From contig OZ244065.1 of the NCBI GenBank assembly GCA_965215505.1, positions 4,256,001-4,320,000 of the forward strand: DNA of 64,000 nt. The letters run 5' to 3'. Source of the stretch: Capsulimonadaceae bacterium. GTDB taxonomy: Bacteria; Armatimonadota; Armatimonadia; Armatimonadales; Capsulimonadaceae. The translations under genes were made by a program, and so were the position numbers. This document shows, piece after piece, positions 9,730-16,815 of this stretch (positions are counted from its first letter, which is position 1; every line of letters starts with the position of its first letter). The notes below the pieces were generated by a model. It was not told the origin of the DNA. It ran no database searches and saw only the letters and a list, made by a program, of their open reading frames with translations.

Positions 9730-12162
9730 ATGCGGACACTGCCGGCCGGCGCACAACTCTATCTCCTCGCCACCTATTTCGCCGCCCTGCTCACGGCCGG
9801 GTGGGCCGCCGTCACGCCCCCGCCGGAGGCCCACGCGCGCGGCTGGGAGGTGGCCCTGTTCCTGGCCCTGGCGATCCTCGCCTACGGCAAGAAGATCACC
9901 CTGCTCCGGCACACGGGCGACAAGGACGCCGGCTCGCTGTCGCTCGGCTTCGCCATCACCTTCGCCGCCCTGCTGCGCTTCGGCCCGCAGGGTGCCCTGG
10001 TCGTCGGCACCCTGGGCTGCCTGTCGGCGTGCCTGCATCCCCGCCGCCAGCCGGGATACCAGTTCGCCTTCAACGTCTCGGTCGCCGCCGTCGCCACCTG
10101 GCTGTCGGGCCTGACCTTCCTCGCCCTGAACGGCGGCCTGACTTTCGGCCTGCGCCGGACCCTGCTCGCCGCCGCCGCCGCGAGCCTCCTCTACTACGCG
10201 GTCAACAACGTCGCGACGGCCGCCGTGATCGCGCTCTGCACCGGCCAGAGGGTGGTCACGGTCTGGCGCGAGAGTTTCCTGTGGACCGCGCCCGGCTACT
10301 TCGCCGGGGGGGCCATCGGGACGGTCGGGGCGCTGGCCTGCGGCAGCGGCGACTGGCCGCTGCTGCTGGTGCTGACCCCCGTGGCCTACCTGACCTACTC
10401 GGCCTATGCCGTCTACGCCGGCCGGGCGGCGGAGCGGCAGAGCCACATCGAGAGCCTGGCCGACCTGTACCTGGGCACCATCCGCAGCCTCGCCGTCGCT
10501 ATCGACGCCAAGGACCAGCGCTCCCACCAGCACATCGTCCGCGTCCAGCGGTCGGCCGTCGCCACCGCCCGGCACATGGGCCTGAGCGCAGATCTGGTGG
10601 AAGCGGTCAACACGGGCACGCTGCTCAAGGACATCGGCAAGCTGGGCGTCCCGGACTACGTCCTGCTGAAAACGGGCGAGCTGACCGGCGAAGAGTTCGC
10701 CAAGATCCGGAAGCACCCCGAGGTCGGCGCGGCCATCCTCGAAGGGGTCGTCTTCCCCTGGCCGGTCCTGCCGGTCGTCCGGTCGCACCACGAGCGGTGG
10801 GACGGGACCGGCTACCCGGACGGGTTGAAGGGCGAGCAGATCCCGCTGACGGCGCGGATACTGGCCGTCGCCGACGTCTACGACGCCCTGACCTCCTCGC
10901 GCGCCCACCGGGGGGCCTGGAGCCGCGAGGGGGCATTGGCGGAGATCCAGCGCCAGGCGGGCGCCCACTTCGACCCCGCCGTCGTCGCCGCCTTCACCGC
11001 CGTGATCGGCGGCCTGGCCGAAGAAGCGCCCGAGGCCGCTCCGCCCGAGGCCGCCGCGCCGGGGGGCGGAATCGTAAGCTCCGGGGACGCGGTCCGCCAG
11101 ATCCAGCGGGCCTCCTCGGAACTTTGGGCGCTCTACGAGGTCGCGCAGACGCTGTCATCCAGTCTCGGCCTGCAAGAGACTCTGGAAATTTTAGGCCGCA
11201 AGCTCGAAGCCATCCTGCCGGGCACCGCCTGCCTCTTTCTGCTGCGCGAGGGGGCCGAGGACGCCCTGGTGGCGCGCGTGGCCGTCGGACTGAACGGCGA
11301 CCGGCTGCGCGGCGCGCGGGCGAACGGGCTGGCGAGCCGCTCCCTCCAGGCCGCGACCGGCCGCGAGACCTATCGTGGCCCCTACGACGCGGATGACCTC
11401 TGCCTGCCGGACACGCTTGCGGGCTCGTGGGAGCCGCTGCGGGCCGCCCTGATCGTCCCCATCGTCCATGCGGGCGAGGTACTGGGCACGGTCAACCTCT
11501 ACCACCCGGACGCGGACGCCTTCGGGCCGCACGACCAGCAGCTCCTGGAGACCATCGCCGAGCGGGCCGCGCTGGCCCTCTACAACGGCCTGCTGTTCGA
11601 CCGGACCCGGTCGCACGCGAACACCGACGGGCTGACGGGCCTGTACAACCTGCGCTACCTGACTCAGCAGGTGGACGCGCTCTGCCTCGGGGCCGAGCCG
11701 CTGGCCCTGCTCTGCCTGGACCTGGACAGCTTCAAGCCGATCAACGACAACTTCGGCCACCAGAAGGGCGACCAGGTGCTGTGCGACCTGGCCGAGATCT
11801 TCTGCGGGGCGGTCCGCGACTCGGACATCGTCGCGCGCTACGGCGGCGACGAGTTCCTGGTCGTCCTGCGCGGGGCGGGCGCGGCCGAGGCGCAGGCGAT
11901 GTCCCAGCGCCTGCTGGAAGCCGTCTCCGCCTACGACCCCGGCCTGGCGCACCCGACGTTGGGCCGCCTCCGGGTGGGCGTCTCCATCGGGTGGGGCTGC
12001 GCCCCCGCCGACGGCCGGGACTGCACCGCCCTGCTGGCCGCCGCCGACGCCCGGATGTACCGCGAGAAGACCCAGCGCAAGCTGGGCGCGCGGGCCGAGC
12101 CGAGGCGGGACGGCCCGGCCGACCCGGACGTGCCCCTGCTGAGGCTCGTGGACGCGGCCTAG
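9730..12162 (+). CDS. Multi-TM membrane sensor (MASE9-like) + HD-GYP + GAF + GGDEF protein
   Basis: About 7-8 hydrophobic segments; LLKDIGK (HD changed to KD), HHERWDGTGYP, RILAVADVYDAL; GAF; DLDSFKPINDNFGHQKGD, RDSD I-site, YGGDEF. Confidence 0.9.
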   Translation: MRTLPAGAQLYLLATYFAALLTAGWAAVTPPPEAHARGWEVALFLALAILAYGKKITLLRHTGDKDAGSLSLGFAITFAALLRFGPQGALVVGTLGCLSACLHPRRQPGYQFAFNVSVAAVATWLSGLTFLALNGGLTFGLRRTLLAAAAASLLYYAVNNVATAAVIALCTGQRVVTVWRESFLWTAPGYFAGGAIGTVGALACGSGDWPLLLVLTPVAYLTYSAYAVYAGRAAERQSHIESLADLYLGTIRSLAVAIDAKDQRSHQHIVRVQRSAVATARHMGLSADLVEAVNTGTLLKDIGKLGVPDYVLLKTGELTGEEFAKIRKHPEVGAAILEGVVFPWPVLPVVRSHHERWDGTGYPDGLKGEQIPLTARILAVADVYDALTSSRAHRGAWSREGALAEIQRQAGAHFDPAVVAAFTAVIGGLAEEAPEAAPPEAAAPGGGIVSSGDAVRQIQRASSELWALYEVAQTLSSSLGLQETLEILGRKLEAILPGTACLFLLREGAEDALVARVAVGLNGDRLRGARANGLASRSLQAATGRETYRGPYDADDLCLPDTLAGSWEPLRAALIVPIVHAGEVLGTVNLYHPDADAFGPHDQQLLETIAERAALALYNGLLFDRTRSHANTDGLTGLYNLRYLTQQVDALCLGAEPLALLCLDLDSFKPINDNFGHQKGDQVLCDLAEIFCGAVRDSDIVARYGGDEFLVVLRGAGAAEAQAMSQRLLEAVSAYDPGLAHPTLGRLRVGVSIGWGCAPADGRDCTALLAAADARMYREKTQRKLGARAEPRRDGPADPDVPLLRLVDAA

Positions 12163-12192
12163 CGCCTCCCCCTCCGCTCAGGCCGCGCCCCT

Positions 12193-12231
12193 TTTTCCCG
12201 CACTTCTTCTTTTCCCGCACTTCTTTCAGTG
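12193..12231 (+). promoter_or_regulatory. Direct-repeat operator-like element (TTTTCCCGCACT x2 + TCAGTG), copy 1
   Basis: Conserved at the same position upstream of all three S8 genes, about 20 nt before a -10-like hexamer. Confidence 0.6.
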
Positions 12232-12275
12232 ATGCTCGCCTGCTGCCCCCCCAATAATCAAGCGTAGACGATCCC

Positions 12276-12375
12276 CGCCCCCGAACAGGGCAAACCGGCC
12301 GCGAGGCCGGGACGCAAAGCCTTCGGGTCTGTGTAAATCCCAACACGCGCAGATGGCCGGGCCGCCGAACGGGCG
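12276..12375 (+). ncRNA. c-di-GMP-I (GEMM-I) riboswitch aptamer, G20 type
   Basis: ACAGGGCAAACC-GGCC-GCGA-GGCC-GGGACGCAAAGCC...GGCCGGGCCGCCGAA; P1 CGCCC/GGGCG; matches the Vc2 layout. Confidence 0.9.
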
Positions 12376-12413
12376 ACACGCTTCCTCGGGCCGGGGCCGT
12401 CTGACACCATCCT

Positions 12414-12529
12414 TCGCAGGCGACAAGAGCAAACCGCGCGAAAGCGTGGGACGCAAAGCCACGGGCCTTATTCTTCAGCCGTCCCTAGGAACAGTACCGA
12501 AGAATGGCCGCCGGGCCACCGAGCAGCGA
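12414..12529 (+). ncRNA. GEMM-I riboswitch aptamer, A20 variant (3',3'-cGAMP/GEMM-Ib-like)
   Basis: ACAAGAGCAAACC-GCGC-GAAA-GCGT-GGGACGCAAAGCCACGGGCC...GCCGGGCCACCGA; A at 12428 occupies the Vc2 G20 position. Confidence 0.85.
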
Positions 12530-12549
12530 CGATTCCGAGGGACCTTCTT

Positions 12550-14352
12550 ATGCTTAACAAGATCAACCGAAACGTGATCAACCGGACTTCTTGGAGGGCG
12601 CCGGCGCTGGCCGCCCTGTCCGTGGGCCTGGCCGCCGCCCACGCCTCCCCGGCCCCGAACACAGCACACCACCCCTCCGGGGGGGCGCGCGCGGCCTCCC
12701 GCCCGGCGGCCTCCACGCCCGTCATCCTGAAACTCGCGCCGGGGGGTCTGACGCCCGCCCGGCAGGCCGCGCTCGCCCGGCTCGGGGCGGGCGTGACGCG
12801 CCACCTGGGCTTCATCGGCTCGGTCGCCGTCACCGTCCCGAGCCGGAACCTGGCCCGCGTCGCCGCCCTGCCGTTCGTCACGCACGTCTCCTGTGACGGC
12901 CAGGTCCACAAGTGCGACGAGTTCACGGTCGCCGCGAGCGGGGCGGGGGCGGCCTACCAGCAGTACGGGCTGACCGGGCAGGGCGTCACCGTCGCCGTCG
13001 TGGACAGCGGCGTCCAGTGCAACCACTGGGATCTGCTGGATGCCAACGGGGACGGCAACTCGCGGGTAATCGGCTACGCGGATTTTGTCCCGAGTACGAA
13101 TGGCCCCAAGCTTTACTCCGACTATTGCGGCCACGGCTCGCACGTCGCCGGCATCATCGCCGGCAACGGCGCGGCCTCCACCGGCAGCCAGTGTACCCAC
13201 ACCTACTACGGCATCGCCCGCAACGCCAGCCTCGTCAACGTGCGCGTGCTGGACCAGAACGGCGCGGGCAGCGTCAGCACCGTCCTCGCCGGCATCCAGT
13301 GGGTGGTGGCCCACAAGAACGACAACCGGAGAGCGCCGATCCGCGTGCTGAACCTGTCGCTGGGGCACCCCGTCGGCGAGAGCTACACCACCGACCCGCT
13401 CTGCCAGGCCGTCGAGGCCGCCTGGAAGGCCGGCATCGTCGTCGTCTGCGCCGCCGGCAACGCCGGCCGCGTCTCCAACACCGTGGCCGCGGGCCAGTCC
13501 AACGAGGGCTACGGCACAGCCTACGGCTCCATCCAGTCTCCGGGCAACGACCCCTACGTCATCACCGTCGGCGCGACCAAGAGCGTGGACGGCAGCCGCT
13601 GGCACGACAGGGTCGCCACCTATTCCAGCCGGGGGCCGAGCCGCCTGGACCTGGTGCTGAAGCCCGACATCATCGCGCCGGGCAACCAGGTCATCTCGCT
13701 GGACGTGGACTGGGCCACGCTCAACGCCGCCTATGGGGGCACCAACATGCTCCCCTACAGCGCCTACACCACGGCGGCGGCGTCCGGGGCTGCCGGCACG
13801 CTGGGGGCCGCCAACCGGGCGGGAGCGGGGATGTCCGACGCCTACTTCCGCCTGTCGGGCACTTCCATGGCCGCGCCCGTCGTGGCAGGGGCGGCGGCCC
13901 TGCTGCTCCAGGCGAACCCGCGGCTCTCGCCGGACACGGTGAAGGCCCGCCTGATGGTCTCCGCCGACAAATGGGGCGCACCCGACTGGCGGGGGAACCC
14001 GACAGGGCAGGCGGACCCCTGCACCTACGGGGCTGGGTATCTGAACATCCCCGCCGCGATCCAGAGCAGCGTCTTCGCCGGCCAGTCCGCCCTCAGCCCC
14101 ACGCTGACGGAGGACGGCAGCGGCAACGTCGCCATCAACGCCTCGGGCATCATGTCCGCCTCGCACGTCATCTGGGGCAGCACCGGTGTCAATGATCTGC
14201 ACGTCATCTGGGGGACGAATGCGATCTCGGGCAGCAGCGCGCTGTCGGCCTCGCACGTCATCTGGGGCAGCAGCGTCTTCTCCGACCACGTCATCTGGGG
14301 CACCAGCACCAGTGCCGTGGACCTCTCCTCGGTCGCCATCAACGGCGAGTAA
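12550..14352 (+). CDS. Secreted S8 subtilisin-like (AprX-like) serine protease 1 with C-terminal HVIWG repeats
   Basis: Signal peptide, pro-domain, VAVVDSG / GHGSHVAG / SGTSMAAP triad; HVIWG x4. Confidence 0.93.
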   Translation: MLNKINRNVINRTSWRAPALAALSVGLAAAHASPAPNTAHHPSGGARAASRPAASTPVILKLAPGGLTPARQAALARLGAGVTRHLGFIGSVAVTVPSRNLARVAALPFVTHVSCDGQVHKCDEFTVAASGAGAAYQQYGLTGQGVTVAVVDSGVQCNHWDLLDANGDGNSRVIGYADFVPSTNGPKLYSDYCGHGSHVAGIIAGNGAASTGSQCTHTYYGIARNASLVNVRVLDQNGAGSVSTVLAGIQWVVAHKNDNRRAPIRVLNLSLGHPVGESYTTDPLCQAVEAAWKAGIVVVCAAGNAGRVSNTVAAGQSNEGYGTAYGSIQSPGNDPYVITVGATKSVDGSRWHDRVATYSSRGPSRLDLVLKPDIIAPGNQVISLDVDWATLNAAYGGTNMLPYSAYTTAAASGAAGTLGAANRAGAGMSDAYFRLSGTSMAAPVVAGAAALLLQANPRLSPDTVKARLMVSADKWGAPDWRGNPTGQADPCTYGAGYLNIPAAIQSSVFAGQSALSPTLTEDGSGNVAINASGIMSASHVIWGSTGVNDLHVIWGTNAISGSSALSASHVIWGSSVFSDHVIWGTSTSAVDLSSVAINGE

Positions 14353-14389
14353 CACGCTCAACTCACGCGGTCATCTGACACGCCCATCG

Positions 14390-14440
14390 GCCCGCCGCAT
14401 GCACAATCCTTCACCCATGGAGGCGCAGGCGGCGGGCTTT
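14390..14440 (+). terminator. Conserved hairpin / intrinsic terminator after S8 gene 1
   Basis: GCCCGCCGC...GCGGCGGGC + TTT; homologous copies follow S8 genes 2 and 3. Confidence 0.65.
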
Positions 14441-14457
14441 CCCTTTTCCCGCCCCCC

Positions 14458-14498
14458 TTTTCCCGCACTTCGTTTCTTTTCCCGCACTTCTCTCAGTG
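14458..14498 (+). promoter_or_regulatory. Direct-repeat operator-like element, copy 2
   Basis: TTTTCCCGCACT at 14458 and 14477, TCAGTG, then CATAAT at 14518. Confidence 0.6.
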
Positions 14499-14540
14499 GC
14501 CGCCCTGCTCCAGACGGCATAATCAAGCGTAGATGGTTTC

Positions 14541-14639
14541 CGCCCCCGATCCGGGCAAACCGGCCGCGAGGCCGGGACGCAAAGCCACGGGCCTCCGCAA
14601 ATCTCAACACGCGGAGGCGGCCGGGCCGCCGAACGGGCG
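14541..14639 (+). ncRNA. c-di-GMP-I riboswitch aptamer, G20 type (second locus)
   Basis: CCGGGCAAACCGGCCGCGAGGCCGGGACGCAAAGCCACGGGCCTCC...GGAGGCGGCCGGGCCGCCGAA; P1 CGCCC/GGGCG. Confidence 0.9.
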
Positions 14640-14679
14640 ACACACTCCTTCGGGCCACGGGACCACCTGACCGCATCCT

Positions 14680-14782
14680 TCGCGAGCGACAAGAGCATAC
14701 CCGGCGAAAGCCGGGGGCGCAAAGCCACGGGCCTTCTTCTTCAGCAGTATCGGGGAATGGCCGCCGAGCTACCGAGCGGCGA
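14680..14782 (+). ncRNA. GEMM-I riboswitch aptamer, A20 variant (second locus)
   Basis: ACAAGAGCATACCCGGCGAAAGCCGGGGGCGCAAAGCCACGGGCC...GCCGAGCTACCGA; A at 14694 in the G20 position. Confidence 0.82.
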
Positions 14783-14801
14783 GATTACGAGGGAACAACC
14801 A

Positions 14802-16661
14802 ATGAAACACCGAAAAACGTCCCGAGAAACATCCCGAGAAACATCCCGAAAGGCACCCGCAGTAGCCGCCTTCTGCCTCGGATTGGCCGGCGCTCTCGGG
14901 ACCGTCACACCAGCACATGCGGGTACGCCCCCTGCACCGCACCTCCGCGCCGAAGCCGACTCCTTCTTTGTCCAGACCCTGGCCGACAGGCCCGCGTCGG
15001 GCCGCGCCCCCGTCATCGTGAAGCTCGCGCTGGGGGGTCTGACGCCCGCCCGGCAGGCCGCGCTCGCCCGGCTCGGGGCGGGCGTGACGCGCCACCTGGG
15101 CTTCATCGGCTCGGTCGCCGTCACCGTGCCGGACCGCAATCTGGACCGGCTGGCCGCCCTGCCGTTCGTGTCGCACCTGTCCGTGGACGGCCAGGTCCAC
15201 AAGTGCGACGAGTTCACCTGCGCCTCCAGTGGGGCCGACACCGCCTACCAGCAGTACGGGCTGACCGGGGCGGGCGTCACCGTCGCCGTCGTGGACAGCG
15301 GCATCACTTCTTCAAGGGATTTGAACGGCAACTCCTGGAATGCGGGCGGCAACTCCCGGAACGGTCGCCTTCAGGGGGCGGTCAGCTTCGTTCCGGGCGA
15401 CTCCAGCACGGACGACGCCTGCGGGCACGGCTCCCATGTCGCCGGCATCATCGCCGGGAACGGCTCCAACTCTTCGGGCTTCGGATATTCGCACACCTAC
15501 TACGGCGCGGCGCGGAATGCCAGCCTGGTGAACGTGCGCGTGCTGGACCAGTACGGCATGGGCAGCGTCAGCACGGTGCTGGCGGGCATCCAGTGGGTGG
15601 TGGCCCACAAGAACGATAACGCGAACGCGCCGATCCGGGTCTTGAACCTGTCTCTGGGGCATCCTGTGGGCGAGAGCTACAAGACCGACCCGCTCTGCCA
15701 GGCCGTCGAGGCCGCCTACCGGGCGGGCATCGTCGTCGTCTGCGCCGCAGGCAACGGCGGGCGGGCGAGCCTCTGGAACACAGCGGGCGCGGCTAATGAG
15801 GGGTGGGGGACGGCCTACGGCTCCATCAACTCGCCCGGCAACGACCCCTATGTCATCACGGTGGGTGCGACCAAGAGCAACGACGGCGTCCGCGTCCATG
15901 ACACCATCGCCACCTATTCCAGCCGGGGGCCGAGCCGCCTGGACCTGGTGCTGAAGCCCGACATCATCGCGCCCGGCAACAAGGTCATCTCCGTCTGCTC
16001 CAACGGCAGCACCCTCGACACCTATGCGGGCGGCACCAATGACATCCCCATGTCTACCTACTCCCGGTTTCCCATGCCCATGACTTCGTGGAACTACTTC
16101 CGTTTGTCGGGCACTTCCATGGCCGCGCCCGTCGTGGCGGGGGCGGCGGCCCTGCTGCTCCAGGCTAGCCCGAACCTGACGCCCGACACCGTCAAGGCTC
16201 GCCTGATGGTCGCCGCCGACAAGTGGGCCGCCCCCGCCGCCAGCGGTACGCCGACCGGCCTGGCCGACCCATGCACCTACGGGGCGGGCTACCTCAACAT
16301 CCCCGCCGCCCTCGCCAGCACGGTGACGGCGTCCGCGCCCGCCCTCAGCCCCACGCTGACCTACGACGCCAAAGGCAACGTGAGTATCGTCGCTTCGAGC
16401 ATGACTTCGGCCTCGCACGTCATCTGGGGCACCAGCGCCGTCAACGACCTGCACGTCATTTGGGGGACCAGCGCCATTTCGGGCAGCAGCACACTGGCGG
16501 CCTCGCACGTCATCTGGGGGACCAGCGTTTTCACCAACACCACCACCTGGGCGTTCAGCACCGGCGCTGCGGACCTCTCCGCTTCCGCCCTCTACGGCGA
16601 GGGGGCCGCCGTCCAGGCCTTCCAGGCGAATGCCTGCCCCGCGCCGGCAAGCGCGAATTAA
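14802..16661 (+). CDS. Secreted S8 serine protease 2 with HVIWG repeats
   Basis: SD GAGGGA then ATG 14802; D/H/S triad motifs; HVIWG x3 plus TTTWA; short extension after ...LYGE. Confidence 0.93.
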   Translation: MKHRKTSRETSRETSRKAPAVAAFCLGLAGALGTVTPAHAGTPPAPHLRAEADSFFVQTLADRPASGRAPVIVKLALGGLTPARQAALARLGAGVTRHLGFIGSVAVTVPDRNLDRLAALPFVSHLSVDGQVHKCDEFTCASSGADTAYQQYGLTGAGVTVAVVDSGITSSRDLNGNSWNAGGNSRNGRLQGAVSFVPGDSSTDDACGHGSHVAGIIAGNGSNSSGFGYSHTYYGAARNASLVNVRVLDQYGMGSVSTVLAGIQWVVAHKNDNANAPIRVLNLSLGHPVGESYKTDPLCQAVEAAYRAGIVVVCAAGNGGRASLWNTAGAANEGWGTAYGSINSPGNDPYVITVGATKSNDGVRVHDTIATYSSRGPSRLDLVLKPDIIAPGNKVISVCSNGSTLDTYAGGTNDIPMSTYSRFPMPMTSWNYFRLSGTSMAAPVVAGAAALLLQASPNLTPDTVKARLMVAADKWAAPAASGTPTGLADPCTYGAGYLNIPAALASTVTASAPALSPTLTYDAKGNVSIVASSMTSASHVIWGTSAVNDLHVIWGTSAISGSSTLAASHVIWGTSVFTNTTTWAFSTGAADLSASALYGEGAAVQAFQANACPAPASAN

Positions 16662-16676
16662 CCGGCAAAGCCCCGC

Positions 16677-16727
16677 GCCCGCCCCCTGCATAGTCTTCCA
16701 CCCGTGGAGGCGCAGGCGGCGGGCTTT
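16677..16727 (+). terminator. Conserved hairpin / terminator after S8 gene 2
   Basis: GCCCGCCCCCTGC...GCAGGCGGCGGGC TTT. Confidence 0.6.
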
Positions 16728-16745
16728 CTCGTGTCCCGCCCCTCC

Positions 16746-16810
16746 TTTTCCCGCACTCCTCCTTTTCCCGCACTTCTTTCAGTGACGCCCCTTTGCGGGA
16801 CGCCGACAAT
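16746..16810 (+). promoter_or_regulatory. Direct-repeat operator-like element, copy 3, plus GCCGACAAT
   Basis: TTTTCCCGCACT at 16746 and 16763, TCAGTG, GCCGACAAT at 16802; no riboswitch follows. Confidence 0.6.
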
Positions 16811-16815
16811 TAGCC

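Noticed and set aside
11700-11860. Upstream GGDEF as a Hypr-type cGAMP synthase supplying the A20 aptamers
   Set aside because: It keeps the canonical Asp in NDNFGHQKGD, as does the 26 kb enzyme (NDAYGHPAGD). Hypr enzymes have Ser/Thr there, so any cGAMP source must lie outside the window.
14158-14300. CACGTCATCTGGGG repeats as a CRISPR array
   Set aside because: The repeats are short, in-frame coding units (HVIWG) with irregular spacing, and there are no cas genes.
14812-14850. 12-bp tandem repeat (TSRE units) in the protease 2 signal n-region
   Set aside because: In-frame slippage in a tolerant region, with no evident function.
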